A stretch of DNA of 64,000 bases from the NCBI GenBank assembly GCA_041666185.1, contig JBAYHL010000004.1, forward strand, positions 105 through 64,104, given 5' to 3'. A program made the translations under genes and the position numbers. Below, piece by piece: positions 50,725-60,879 of this stretch; position 1 is the first letter of the stretch, and each line of letters begins with the position of its first letter. This DNA comes from Patescibacteria group bacterium. GTDB lineage: Bacteria > Patescibacteriota > UBA1384 > UBA12157 > JAENIV01. The notes beneath the pieces are model-generated. The model did no database searches, was not told the origin of the DNA, and saw only the letters and a list, made by a program, of their open reading frames with translations.

Positions 50725-51183
50725 TTAGAGCTCTTCTCCTAATTCGTATCTTATAAATCTTTTAACTTTAATATTTTCACCAATTTTAGCAGTTGCTTGA
50801 TCGATTAAATCTTTAATAGTTAATGAGTCATCTTTAATATAACTTCCCTCTAATAGTTCTGGCAAGTCTTTAGGATTGATTGAAGCAATTTGCATAGCAA
50901 TATTGTGAGCTAAATCCTTAAATTCATCATTTTTAGCAACAAAATCACTTTCGCAAGCAATTTCCAAAACTACACCAATTTTACTTGCATGATTATAAGT
51001 TTCAATTAAACCTTGGTTAGCTGCTCGCTCAGCTTTTTTTTGAGCAATGCTTTGAGCATTGGAAGCTAAGATTTTTTGAGCTTTGTCAAAATCTCCGTTT
51101 GATTCTTCTAAAGCCTTCTTGCAATCCATTACGCCAGCACCGGTTACTGTGCGAAGTTTGGCAACATCTTGGGCAGAGGTCAT
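50725..51183 (-). CDS. tsf: Elongation factor Ts (short form)
   Basis: LR..TGAGVMDCKKAL, CESDFVA, GENI. Confidence 0.95.
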   Translation of the reverse strand: MTSAQDVAKLRTVTGAGVMDCKKALEESNGDFDKAQKILASNAQSIAQKKAERAANQGLIETYNHASKIGVVLEIACESDFVAKNDEFKDLAHNIAMQIASINPKDLPELLEGSYIKDDSLTIKDLIDQATAKIGENIKVKRFIRYELGEEL

Positions 51184-51869
51184 TTACTCTCCTTTTTGTT
51201 TTCTTTTACCCCTTCTTCAATATTTTCCAAAATAAGTTTAATGGAATTTTGTGAATCGTCGTTAGCAGGAATAGGAATATCGATTAAATCTGGGTTAGCA
51301 TTAGTGTCACAAATTCCAACGATTGGAATATTAATTTTTCTAGCTTCAAGTACACCAACAGATTCTTTGGCTGTGTCAACCACAAAAAGAATATCTGGAA
51401 CTTTTTTCAAATCTTTAATACCATCAAAAACTGAATTTAATTTTGAAATTTTTTCCTCAATCCTTTTTCTTTCTTTTTTAGTAAAAGCAGAGAATTCCGG
51501 CGATTTAACTTGAGCTTCTAAATCAGCTAAAGTTTTGAGTGATTTATAAATAGTTTCAAAATTTGTAAGCATTCCCCCTGGCCAACGTTCAGTCATATAA
51601 GGCATATTTAAATTAGTAGCAATTTTCTTAACAGCTTCTTTAGCCTGCATTTTTGTTCCCAAAAAGAGAACTGTTTTACCACTAGAAATTTCCTTTTTTA
51701 AATATTTGATCGCTTCCTCGAGTTGTTCAAGCGTTTTTTCCAAATTAATAATATAAACACTATCACGAATTGTATAGGTAAATTGCTTCGCCCGTGGAAA
51801 TGATTTTTCTTTTTTATGACCGAAGTGAGTTCCGGCCTCCAGAAGTTCAGTTAATGTTGGCATTGCCAT
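51180..51869 (-). CDS. rpsB: 30S ribosomal protein S2
   Basis: LLEAGTHFGH, RWPGGMLTNF, PANDDS. Confidence 0.96.
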   Translation of the reverse strand: MAMPTLTELLEAGTHFGHKKEKSFPRAKQFTYTIRDSVYIINLEKTLEQLEEAIKYLKKEISSGKTVLFLGTKMQAKEAVKKIATNLNMPYMTERWPGGMLTNFETIYKSLKTLADLEAQVKSPEFSAFTKKERKRIEEKISKLNSVFDGIKDLKKVPDILFVVDTAKESVGVLEARKINIPIVGICDTNANPDLIDIPIPANDDSQNSIKLILENIEEGVKENKKESK

Positions 51870-51971
51870 GTTTCCTTTCGCTCCTATTAGACTAATTATT
51901 CTATCATAGAAATAGTATCATATCTTTTAATTTTTGACAAGAGAAGAAGTTTAAGCAACAATATTATTAAG

Positions 51972-52247
51972 ATGAAAATTAAATCAAAAATCAAACAAAA
52001 AACTCTTATTATAACTATTTTAATATTAAGTTTTAGTTGTCTAGCAACCGCTTTATATTTTTCGCCATTTATTCAAAATAATCGCTACATAAAAGCACAT
52101 AGAATAGAACAGCAAGCGAAAAAATATTCTCTTGGAAGTAATGAGTATCAAAGATTAATGGCTATTGCCAACGCCATTCGCAAGGGTGAAAAAAATTATA
52201 CCTATACACCAAATTCTGCACCAGTAAACTCAGTAAGCCATCCTTAA
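51972..52247 (+). CDS. Hypothetical membrane-anchored protein
   Basis: Basic N-terminus plus TM helix. Confidence 0.55.
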   Translation: MKIKSKIKQKTLIITILILSFSCLATALYFSPFIQNNRYIKAHRIEQQAKKYSLGSNEYQRLMAIANAIRKGEKNYTYTPNSAPVNSVSHP

Positions 52248-52256
52248 TCTTAGTAT

Positions 52257-52922
52257 TTAATTCACAGTCCCTTTGACCACCCATTTACTTGGATTAAAAT
52301 GATTGTTTAGCTCAAGAAGTGCATCGTAAGCTTTATTAGGACAAGTGTACGACTTACCACTTACAGCGCAACCATTTGCCAGATTTTGAAAATCATTTAA
52401 ACTCGCATCCTCAGCAACCCATGCAGTTTTTGCAGTTGTACAAGTACCATACAACAAAGAAGGATTGCGATATGTTACTTCGTACTCTCTTTTTAAACCA
52501 TCTGTAGAAGAGTCAACTAATCCTCTACCAGCAGTTCCCCCAATTCGACCATTCCCAGTAAATTGAAATGTCGTCTGTTGTGACCAGCAGTTCACTCCTG
52601 CCGTAGCTTTTATAGTCTCGAATTCAGAAGCAACCCATGTTTCGCTCGCCAGCTGATTTCCCCAGCCTTGATCATATACTTTTACATCCCATGCATACAC
52701 AAATGGCTCAATTTTGTTACCATATACAACAATATCACCTAATGAATCTCCCCAGCTTGGTTGAGCTGCATTACGAGCTGACTGAACAATATGGCTAGTA
52801 TATTCTATATTATAATCTTTTTGAGCTGCTTGAGCCGATCTATAATAGGAAAAACTTAGTAGCATTAAACCAAAACTAATCAAAAATAACGAAAAACTTA
52901 AACGTAAAAAATGCTTATTCAC
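52257..52922 (-). CDS. Hypothetical secreted protein
   Basis: Signal peptide ending AQA; promoter TTGACA-16-TATAAT. Confidence 0.65.
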   Translation of the reverse strand: MNKHFLRLSFSLFLISFGLMLLSFSYYRSAQAAQKDYNIEYTSHIVQSARNAAQPSWGDSLGDIVVYGNKIEPFVYAWDVKVYDQGWGNQLASETWVASEFETIKATAGVNCWSQQTTFQFTGNGRIGGTAGRGLVDSSTDGLKREYEVTYRNPSLLYGTCTTAKTAWVAEDASLNDFQNLANGCAVSGKSYTCPNKAYDALLELNNHFNPSKWVVKGTVN

Positions 52923-53027
52923 TATACCCCACCCTTAACTTAAATTTCAAAAAATTAATATCGACATATTAATTATAAGTTGCTCGTAGATATTGTCAAA
53001 CTATTAATCTTGTGCTAAGATAGACTT

Positions 53028-53276
53028 ATGAAAAAAGATATACACCCTAAATATTTCGAAAACACTAAAGTTACCTGTTCTTGCGGTAACTCATTTGAGG
53101 TAGGCTCAACTGTACCAGAGATTCATGTTGAAGTCTGCTCAGCTTGCCATCCATTCTATACCGGAACAGCTAAATTTATTGATACTGCTGGTCGCGTAGA
53201 CAAATTCCAAGAGAAAGTTAAAATTGCCGAAGCAATGCGACAAGCCAGTCAGAAAAAAGATAAGAAAGAAAAATAA
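53028..53276 (+). CDS. rpmE: 50S ribosomal protein L31 (Zn-binding type)
   Basis: [29 protein letters not shown]. Confidence 0.96.
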   Translation: MKKDIHPKYFENTKVTCSCGNSFEVGSTVPEIHVEVCSACHPFYTGTAKFIDTAGRVDKFQEKVKIAEAMRQASQKKDKKEK

Positions 53277-53340
53277 GACAGTTAAAAATTAAGAACTCAA
53301 TTACTCAGTTATATTAACTGTCTTAATTATCTTAAATATT

Positions 53341-54225
53341 ATGAATGACGATCACTTATTAAAACAACTTCAGGAAGCTGAAGAGCTCTACAAAACCAGT
53401 GACGACCCTAGTATTCGTGAACTCGCTAAAAGAGAAATTGAAAGTTTACAAAACAGGGTTTTTATTGGTAACCAAACTGATAAAAATCTAATTTTAGAAA
53501 TACGAGCCGGTACTGGCGGACAAGAAGCTGAGCTTTTTGCTAGCGAACTTTTTAGAATGTATCAAAAGTTCGCCGAAAGAAGCGGTTGGCAAATTAGTGT
53601 TCTAAACTCTAACAGAACACCCCTTGGTGGAGTAAGAGAAATTATTGCTGAAATAAAAGGTGATAAATCTTTCCAAATGCTACAATACGAATCAGGTGTT
53701 CACAGGGTTCAACGAGTACCAAAAACTGAAAAATCGGGTCGTTTACACACATCGGCGGCAACTGTCGCTGTCCTTCCAGAAGTAGAGGAAACGGAAATTC
53801 AAATAAATCCCCAAGATTTGAGAGTTGATGTTTATCATGCTCAAGGACATGGCGGTCAAGGTGTTAACACGACCGACTCAGCCGTTCGTATCACCCATTT
53901 ACCAACAGGTCTAGTTGTCACCTGCCAAGATGAACGCTCGCAAATTAAAAATCGCGCTAAAGCCTTAGGCGTCCTTCGCTCAAGACTCTACGAAATTGAA
54001 GAAGAAAAGAAGAGAAAAGAACAAGGAACGAAGCGTCAATCACAAATTGGCAGCGGGGACAGAAGTGAAAAAATTAGAACTTATAATTTTCCTCAAGATA
54101 GAATTACTGATCATCGAATCAAGAAATCTTGGAGCAAAATTTCTCAAATTCTTGATGGCGACTTAGAGCCGATTATTAAAGCTTTACAAAAAGCCGATCT
54201 AGAACTCAAACTTCAAGAAAATTAA
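53341..54225 (+). CDS. prfA: Peptide chain release factor 1 with shortened N-terminal domain
   Basis: EIRAGTGG, PxT motif (VPKTE), [16 protein letters not shown]. Confidence 0.93.
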   Translation: MNDDHLLKQLQEAEELYKTSDDPSIRELAKREIESLQNRVFIGNQTDKNLILEIRAGTGGQEAELFASELFRMYQKFAERSGWQISVLNSNRTPLGGVREIIAEIKGDKSFQMLQYESGVHRVQRVPKTEKSGRLHTSAATVAVLPEVEETEIQINPQDLRVDVYHAQGHGGQGVNTTDSAVRITHLPTGLVVTCQDERSQIKNRAKALGVLRSRLYEIEEEKKRKEQGTKRQSQIGSGDRSEKIRTYNFPQDRITDHRIKKSWSKISQILDGDLEPIIKALQKADLELKLQEN

Positions 54226-54226
54226 T

Positions 54227-55399
54227 TTATTCAGTTGAACCCAATTTCAATTTAGTAGTTTGTTCTTTACCATCTCTTTGAAATTTTACATCCAATTCAT
54301 CACCAACTTGATAATTTTGAATAACCGCTCCTAATGGATGATTCTCGTCGATTCTTGTGCCATTTATTTCCAAAATAATATCATTGGCACGAATACCGGC
54401 TTTGTCTGCTGGCGACCCAGAAACAACAGCAGGATTACTATTACTACCGGTTACTAATGCACCATAGTCAACTGACAAGTTGTAACTTTTTGATATTTCT
54501 TTATTTAAAGTAATATATCTAACTCCCATTTGCGGTTTAATAATTTTTCCAGTTTTTTTGTAAGATTCGAGGGCAACTTTAGCTTGATTAACAGGAATTG
54601 CAAAACCAATGCTTTGAGCATTACCGGCAATAGCCGTATTGATACCTACCACTTGACCAGCCAAATTAATTAACGGTCCACCAGAATTACCAGAATTAAT
54701 AGCGGCGTCTGTTTGAAGCAAATTATTCAATTGTTCCTGTGTCGTACCGCTACCAACCGTAAGTTGTCTTTCTCTCGCCGAAATAACTCCCACTGTCAAA
54801 GTGTTTTGTAATTGACCTAAAGCATTACCGATAGCTAAAACCCACTGACCAATCTGCAAATCATTTGAATCACCCAAATCAACTACCGGAAGACCGCTAG
54901 CTTCAATTTTTAAAATTGCTAAATCGTTAGTTGGATCTAGAGCAACAACTTTAGCCGGATAACTTTTATCATCAGTGGTCAGAACCGTTAAATTTTCACC
55001 CGCCTGGGCAACATGTTTATTTGTTAAAATTAAACCGTCGTTAGTAATAATAAATCCTGTCCCACCACCTTCTTGCTGACTAACTTGACCAAAAATATCT
55101 TGGACATTTTTCGAAGTGGTAATGGAAACAACTGCTGGAGCAACCTTTTTGGCGGCATCAATAATAGTAGACGATTCTTCCAATTTTAATTTTTCTGTTT
55201 TAGTCGTTGTAATATTAAATGATCCGCCTTTTATTCCTAAAGCTTCCTGTAAACGACTATTGGAGGTTAAAAGCAAAGTTGCTCCCGTCCCACCCAAAAG
55301 ACCCATCAAAAAACTTAAAACTAAAAATAAAACAACAAAAGTTCCCCCACGCTTTAAACCAGAATTTTTACTACCATCTAAATAATGGATTTTTGACAT
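54227..55399 (-). CDS. htrA: HtrA/DegP-family serine protease with one PDZ domain
   Basis: TNKHV, DLA, GNSGGPL, PDZ SPADKAG. Confidence 0.93.
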   Translation of the reverse strand: MSKIHYLDGSKNSGLKRGGTFVVLFLVLSFLMGLLGGTGATLLLTSNSRLQEALGIKGGSFNITTTKTEKLKLEESSTIIDAAKKVAPAVVSITTSKNVQDIFGQVSQQEGGGTGFIITNDGLILTNKHVAQAGENLTVLTTDDKSYPAKVVALDPTNDLAILKIEASGLPVVDLGDSNDLQIGQWVLAIGNALGQLQNTLTVGVISARERQLTVGSGTTQEQLNNLLQTDAAINSGNSGGPLINLAGQVVGINTAIAGNAQSIGFAIPVNQAKVALESYKKTGKIIKPQMGVRYITLNKEISKSYNLSVDYGALVTGSNSNPAVVSGSPADKAGIRANDIILEINGTRIDENHPLGAVIQNYQVGDELDVKFQRDGKEQTTKLKLGSTE

Positions 55400-55410
55400 A
55401 TATCCTCTTT

Positions 55411-55707
55411 CTATTTATTTTTGGAAGCTATTTCTTCTTCTTTTTTTTCATCTTCTTTTTTTTCTTCTTCAGCCGCTTCTTGAGTACTTTTGCCTAAAAG
55501 ATAGGTTATCGTAACAGCCAAAAAAGTTACGATTAAAGCATAAATTAATTTTGAATAAAAACCAGTACCAGATTTAATAAAATGATTAATAAAAGTTTGA
55601 ATTGTTTCATTCCACGCTAAAGCAGCGACTAATCCAAAGCTAGCCGTTGCCAGTTGAGTCATAGTCTTTAAAAATTCGCTACGTAAGTTTTTACCATTTT
55701 TTTTCAT
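55411..55707 (-). CDS. Small membrane protein (DUF5654-like)
   Basis: TASFGLVAALAWN...YALIVT. Confidence 0.75.
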   Translation of the reverse strand: MKKNGKNLRSEFLKTMTQLATASFGLVAALAWNETIQTFINHFIKSGTGFYSKLIYALIVTFLAVTITYLLGKSTQEAAEEEKKEDEKKEEEIASKNK

Positions 55708-55708
55708 A

Positions 55709-57142
55709 CTATAATTCCTTTTTAAATTTAATAAGATTTTCAATTAACTCTTTAACCAATTTTGGATCTGCCTGACCCTTCATTTGCCCCATTACTTGAC
55801 CAACCAAAAATCCCAATGCTTCTTTTTTACCGTTATTTATATCATCAACTACCTTGGAATTGTCCTCCACTACTTTATTTACTATGTTAGCAATTTCACT
55901 CTGATCTTTAGGTGGCGTAATTCCTTTTTCTTGAATAATAGTACTTGCATTTTTACCAGTTTCCATCATAATCTCTAAAACTTCCTTAGCGTTAGAACCT
56001 GTTATCTTATGGTTTTCCAACAAACTCAGCAATTCACCTAATTTTTGACAATCCACCTTGTCTATATTTTCAACCCCTAGGATATTTATTATCCAATTAG
56101 CCGCAGTAACTGGATGAACTAATTTTGCTAATTTTTCAAAATATTCAGCTGTTGCCTTTTCTTGTACTAGAATGTCAGCAACTTCTTTTGTAGGGATTTT
56201 GAAACCTTTTTCCCAATCCAAATATCTCTTCCTTTTCTCAGCCGGCAATTCTGGAATTTCTTTTCTTATCTCTTCGATTTCTTCGTCAGAAATTTCAAAA
56301 GGTGGAATATCTGGTTCTGGAAAATAACGATAATCTTGGGCGAACTCCTTACTTCTTTGCGAATAAGTCTCACCACTTACATCATTCCAACCGCGCGTTT
56401 CTTTAACTATTTTTTCACCCTTTTCAAGTAATTCTTTTTGGCGCTTTTCTTCGTATAAAAGTGCTCTTTCAACCATTCGAAAGCTATTCATATTTTTAAT
56501 TTCTACCGGCACGCCCATTTCCCATTTGTCATTTTTATTTTCCGATACACTAATGTTAGCATCACATCGCATGTGTCCTTTTTCCATACTAGCCTCAGTT
56601 ACTGATAAATACCTTAGAATTGACCGTAATTCTTGCATAAAAATCTTCGCTTCTTCAGGTGAAGAAATATCTGGATTGGTAACAATTTCCATTAAAGGTG
56701 TGCCTGCACGATTTAGATCAATTAAAGTCCCGTCATCTGCATGGATAAGCTTTCCTGCATCTTCTTCAAGATGAATTCTGGTTAAACTAATCTTTCTTAT
56801 CTCTTCTTTATTATTTCTTATCTCCAAATACCCACCTTCACAAAAAGGCATATCGTACTGTGAAATTTGATAATTTTTAGGAGAATCTGGATAAAAATAA
56901 TGCTTGCGATCGAATTTAGAAAAATTGGCAATTTTTGAATTTAAAGCTAGGCCTGTTTTTAGTGTCCATTCAATCGCTTGTTTGTTTGCTACGGGAAGTA
57001 CACCTGGCAGACCAAGACAAACTGGGCACACCAAAGAATTTGGCTCCGCTTGCTCTGCCTTATTGTCGCAGCCACAAAACATTTTTGATTTAGTTTTTAA
57101 TTGGACATGGATTTCCAAGCCAATAACAGTTTTAAATTCCAT
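55709..57142 (-). CDS. gatB: Asp/Glu-tRNA amidotransferase subunit B
   Basis: IGLEIHVQL, RIHLEEDAG, YRYFPEPD, GQVM. Confidence 0.97.
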   Translation of the reverse strand: MEFKTVIGLEIHVQLKTKSKMFCGCDNKAEQAEPNSLVCPVCLGLPGVLPVANKQAIEWTLKTGLALNSKIANFSKFDRKHYFYPDSPKNYQISQYDMPFCEGGYLEIRNNKEEIRKISLTRIHLEEDAGKLIHADDGTLIDLNRAGTPLMEIVTNPDISSPEEAKIFMQELRSILRYLSVTEASMEKGHMRCDANISVSENKNDKWEMGVPVEIKNMNSFRMVERALLYEEKRQKELLEKGEKIVKETRGWNDVSGETYSQRSKEFAQDYRYFPEPDIPPFEISDEEIEEIRKEIPELPAEKRKRYLDWEKGFKIPTKEVADILVQEKATAEYFEKLAKLVHPVTAANWIINILGVENIDKVDCQKLGELLSLLENHKITGSNAKEVLEIMMETGKNASTIIQEKGITPPKDQSEIANIVNKVVEDNSKVVDDINNGKKEALGFLVGQVMGQMKGQADPKLVKELIENLIKFKKEL

Positions 57143-57157
57143 AATTTACCCGAAAAC

Positions 57158-57640
57158 TTATACTAATTCCTCAATTGCTTTTTTAAAATTTTTTATTGCT
57201 TCACGAGCAACAAAATCAGTAATTTCATATTGACTACTATGAACAATCTCGTTTCTAACTTTGTGGCCTCGCCAAGCAGCATCAAGTCCTTCTGGTGAAA
57301 AACGATTTTTGGAAGCTTTTAAGCGATCTCCCATAGTTAGACCTGGTGCTCGCAAGCCTTTTAAAACATGATCTAAAAGTTTATCTGCTTCCAAAACTGC
57401 TCTGGAATAATTCGAAGGATGACCCAAACGCATAAGTTCTTCAATTTCTTGCCACTTATTTTCAACAAAATTTTTATCTAATCTCTCACTGTTAGCAAAA
57501 CCTTTTTGACCTCCACCTCTTTTTTTGCCAAAAAGTAATTTAAATGGTGCGGAAATAAACCACCACAATGCTTTTAAAAACCCTTCGACAATTTTTTGTT
57601 CAGTTGTTTTTTTGTGATATTTATGCACCCTGTAGCCCAT
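57158..57640 (-). CDS. Conserved hypothetical protein (EADK...GDRLK...H..RN..H family)
   Basis: AVLEADKLLD, TMGDRLK, HKVRNEIVH (RxxxxH, HEPN-like). Confidence 0.7.
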   Translation of the reverse strand: MGYRVHKYHKKTTEQKIVEGFLKALWWFISAPFKLLFGKKRGGGQKGFANSERLDKNFVENKWQEIEELMRLGHPSNYSRAVLEADKLLDHVLKGLRAPGLTMGDRLKASKNRFSPEGLDAAWRGHKVRNEIVHSSQYEITDFVAREAIKNFKKAIEELV

Positions 57641-59075
57641 CTCTTACCCCCTCGTATATTTTTGCTAACCCTAAAACCCTAAAGTCAGAAAGCTGTGGAC
57701 CAATAATTTGCAAACCAACTGGCAAACTATTTACTTTTCCACAAGGAATAGAAATTGCTGGAAGACCTGCTAAATTTACAGCGATTGTGTAGATGTCTGA
57801 TAAATACATTGTTAAAGGATCTGATTTTTGACCAATTTTAAAAGCAGTTTCTGGCGAGACAGGACCCAAAATAAAATCTACTTCCTCGAAAACCTTATCA
57901 AAATCTTTTTTGATTAAAGCTCTGACTTTTTGAGCCTTATTGTAATACTGATCGATATAACCAGATGAAGATGTGTAAGTCCCAAGCATTACTCGTCTTT
58001 TTACTTCCTTACCAAAACCATTAGATCTTGTCTCTAAATAAATATCTAATAGATTTTGGGCTGTAAGTTTCGAGCTTTGTTTTTGGGCCGAAAATCCATA
58101 TTTTATGCCATCATAGCGAGCTAGGTTAGAGGCAACTTCTACCGGCATAATAATATAGTAGCAAGAAAGAGCGTATTTGGAGTTTGGCAAGCTAACCTCT
58201 TTAATCTGCGCTCCGATTTCTTTAAATTTCTCAATTGCTCTTTCGATTACTTTTTTTACCTCTGGATCCAACCCTTCAGCAAAATATTCTTTTGGAATCC
58301 CAATTTTTAAATCCTTTAGATTTATTTTCTCTTTTTTTATTTCTTCTTTTAGACTTGTTGAATCTTTCACATCATGCCCTCGAATAACATCATAAAGTAT
58401 TTCAGCATCTTCGACAGTTTTAGCCATCGGACCAATCTGATCTAATGAAGAGGCCATGGCAAATAATCCATAACGTGAAACCGTACCATAAGTTGGTTTG
58501 AAACCAACTATACCAGTAAAACTGGCTGGCTGACGAATCGAACCACCAGTATCCGAACCTAAAGCTAATGGCGCCATATCAGCAGCAACAGCCGCCGCTG
58601 AGCCGCCAGACGAACCACCAGGTACCCGATCTTTATCAGACGGATTTTTCGTTGGCCCAAAAACAGAATTTTCTGTCGACGAACCCATGGCGAATTCATC
58701 CATATTAGTTTTACCCAGAATCACCGCTCCAGCAGCTTTTAACTTCTTTATAACTGTTGCTTCGTAAGGCGGAATAAAACCTTCAAGAATTTTTGAAGCA
58801 GCAGTTGTCTCTATCCCCTCGATAGCAATATTATCTTTTATGGCAATTGGAATACCATCCAATAAACCCTTCTGACTTTTCGACTCAAATCTTTTTTGTG
58901 ACTCTTCAGCCATTTTAAGAGCATCATCACCCAAAACCTTTATAAAAGCATTAAGCTCTTGATTAGTAGAAGAGATTTTTTCTAAATAACTTTGTACCAC
59001 CTCAACAGACTTCAACTTTCCGGCAGCATAAAGTTCGGATATTTTCTTGATATTTAAGTCTTTATTTTCCATCAT
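57621..59075 (-). CDS. gatA: Asp/Glu-tRNA amidotransferase subunit A
   Basis: KDN, GGSSGGS, GSDTGGSIRQPA, SNLARYDG. Confidence 0.97.
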   Translation of the reverse strand: MMENKDLNIKKISELYAAGKLKSVEVVQSYLEKISSTNQELNAFIKVLGDDALKMAEESQKRFESKSQKGLLDGIPIAIKDNIAIEGIETTAASKILEGFIPPYEATVIKKLKAAGAVILGKTNMDEFAMGSSTENSVFGPTKNPSDKDRVPGGSSGGSAAAVAADMAPLALGSDTGGSIRQPASFTGIVGFKPTYGTVSRYGLFAMASSLDQIGPMAKTVEDAEILYDVIRGHDVKDSTSLKEEIKKEKINLKDLKIGIPKEYFAEGLDPEVKKVIERAIEKFKEIGAQIKEVSLPNSKYALSCYYIIMPVEVASNLARYDGIKYGFSAQKQSSKLTAQNLLDIYLETRSNGFGKEVKRRVMLGTYTSSSGYIDQYYNKAQKVRALIKKDFDKVFEEVDFILGPVSPETAFKIGQKSDPLTMYLSDIYTIAVNLAGLPAISIPCGKVNSLPVGLQIIGPQLSDFRVLGLAKIYEGVRDGLQGA

Positions 59076-59220
59076 TTTTATCTAACCTTATCTTACTACT
59101 AGATTAGCTATTTTGGCAATAATTATCAGGTTAGAGCTTGACAAAAGCCAAATTTTATGCTATTATTGATTTTTGTGGCGCAAACACAAAAACACTCAAT
59201 TCAAGGAGGATAAAGACCGA

Positions 59221-59586
59221 GTGAAAATCCAATCACCCCAAGAAATCTTAAAAATCCGTGTTCAGGACGATCATCCTGAACATCCAGGAAAAACAGTGCT
59301 CACGGCAGCAGGCGAGATAGATATTTATACCCAACCCTGCCTCGAAGAGCATTTCGGGATCGTTGATACCGCCAAAAAGGGTGTGGTCATCGATCTCAGA
59401 AAGACTACTTATCTTGGCGGCGAAGGTGTTGGCTTTCTAATTCGCATGTTCAAACGTGCGAAAGAAAAAGAGAAGGACTTCTGCCTCAAAGTCTGCAAAA
59501 AAGGAATTGTAAGCAGAATGCTCAAGATGACAGAGGTTGACCGATTTATACCGGTCAAATATCATGACGGGATCAACAACAACTAA
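59221..59586 (+). CDS. STAS-domain (anti-sigma antagonist-like) protein
   Basis: GEIDIYT...VVIDL....YLGGEG; TTGACA-17-TATTAT promoter and AAGGAGG SD. Confidence 0.75.
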   Translation: MKIQSPQEILKIRVQDDHPEHPGKTVLTAAGEIDIYTQPCLEEHFGIVDTAKKGVVIDLRKTTYLGGEGVGFLIRMFKRAKEKEKDFCLKVCKKGIVSRMLKMTEVDRFIPVKYHDGINNN

Positions 59587-59613
59587 CCTTCTCGCTTGCG
59601 CGCCACAAAGATC

Positions 59614-59641
59614 TCCCCGTGTCATTCGACACGGGGATTTT
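59614..59641 (+). terminator. Terminator, TGTC-ATTC-GACA family
   Basis: TCCCCGTGTC-ATTC-GACACGGGGA-TTTT. Confidence 0.8.
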
Positions 59642-59656
59642 CATATTATAGAAAAG

Positions 59657-59947
59657 TTACTCAAAAACTTTTTTAACTTTAATAAAATTATTTTGTTTTT
59701 CGGGAGCATTTTGTAAAACTTTTTCTACCAATAAACTTTCCTGAATTTCATCAGTACGACTAATATTTTCGAGTCCGCTAATTTGGGAAATGCTTTGTAA
59801 ATTTTCCGTCGGGGCGCTCTCTAGTTCTTCAACGTAATCTAAAATTGGCGTCAATTCTTGATCGTAATTATCAACATCACTTGAATCTAATTTAATACGC
59901 GAGAGTTGACCAATATGTTCAATTTCTTCTTTTGAGATTTTTGTCAT
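59657..59947 (-). CDS. gatC: Asp/Glu-tRNA amidotransferase subunit C
   Basis: I.HI..LSRI, ILDYVEEL, R.DE, NAP...F.KV. Confidence 0.9.
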   Translation of the reverse strand: MTKISKEEIEHIGQLSRIKLDSSDVDNYDQELTPILDYVEELESAPTENLQSISQISGLENISRTDEIQESLLVEKVLQNAPEKQNNFIKVKKVFE

Positions 59948-60069
59948 AATTATAAATTAATCTTTTTACTATTTTATTCTAGTTTAAGACATGGGTTAGC
60001 ACAAGCCCTTGTAATTTTTGAAAATTTAGCCTAAAATATAGCTTATTGAGCATGGAGGTGTACCTTACA

Positions 60070-60873
60070 ATGAAAAAGTACGCGAACCGACCAGCTTTAA
60101 GAGCGGTTGATGTTTGTCGCTGGGTTGGTAAGGAAATTTTTGAAATTAAAAGAATTAAAGACACGACAATCTTTTATTCAACTTGCGGCAAAACAGTTAG
60201 ACAAACCTGGGTTAGAAAAACCCGTCGCGGTGAAATTAAGAAATTGTCAGCTCTTACCTATCTTCGCAAAGGAATCTTTCTAACACCAGTTTGGCAAATT
60301 GTTCCTGATTGGGAAATTAAATATCTGCAAGAAAAACAGATCAATCCGAGAGATATTGGCATTATTTTTTTCAAAAGAAGAGGTTATGTCCGTCTTGCTT
60401 TTCGACAAGTGGAAGATTTGGACCACGCTATTCGCCAGCAGGATCATATTATTGATAACTACTTAAGTCTTGATTTTCTTAAAGTCCAGCTTCCTGAACT
60501 TATAGACATTTTGATTTCTCACGCGCAAATCATCCACAAGACAACTCTTAACAAAGTTGGTGTAGAAAGTTCGCAAGTTATTCTCAAAAATCTTTTGCTT
60601 TCTTATCAAAGAAGCTTGCGATCTATTTTAGAAAACGCGCCAACGTTTAGAAATAATAACACCCCAAAAAACACAGAAATTCTTTCAAATGTCTTGGCAA
60701 AAATCGTCAAGGAATGTCGCAACCACAAGTTCAGGCCTGTTGGCCGAAGACTAGAACACGCTGCTCGCTCACTAGAAAGAGCGGTTATTCATATTCAAAA
60801 CAACAGGTTAGCCCTTGCGCAAGCTCGAATAAAATCGGCTCTTAAAAACCTGGAATACCCAGAAGAAACTTAA
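60070..60873 (+). CDS. Hypothetical basic protein (lone antisense cassette)
   Basis: TTGTAA-17-TAAAAT, GGAGGTG SD, ATG 60070. Confidence 0.65.
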   Translation: MKKYANRPALRAVDVCRWVGKEIFEIKRIKDTTIFYSTCGKTVRQTWVRKTRRGEIKKLSALTYLRKGIFLTPVWQIVPDWEIKYLQEKQINPRDIGIIFFKRRGYVRLAFRQVEDLDHAIRQQDHIIDNYLSLDFLKVQLPELIDILISHAQIIHKTTLNKVGVESSQVILKNLLLSYQRSLRSILENAPTFRNNNTPKNTEILSNVLAKIVKECRNHKFRPVGRRLEHAARSLERAVIHIQNNRLALAQARIKSALKNLEYPEET

Positions 60874-60879
60874 ATATCC

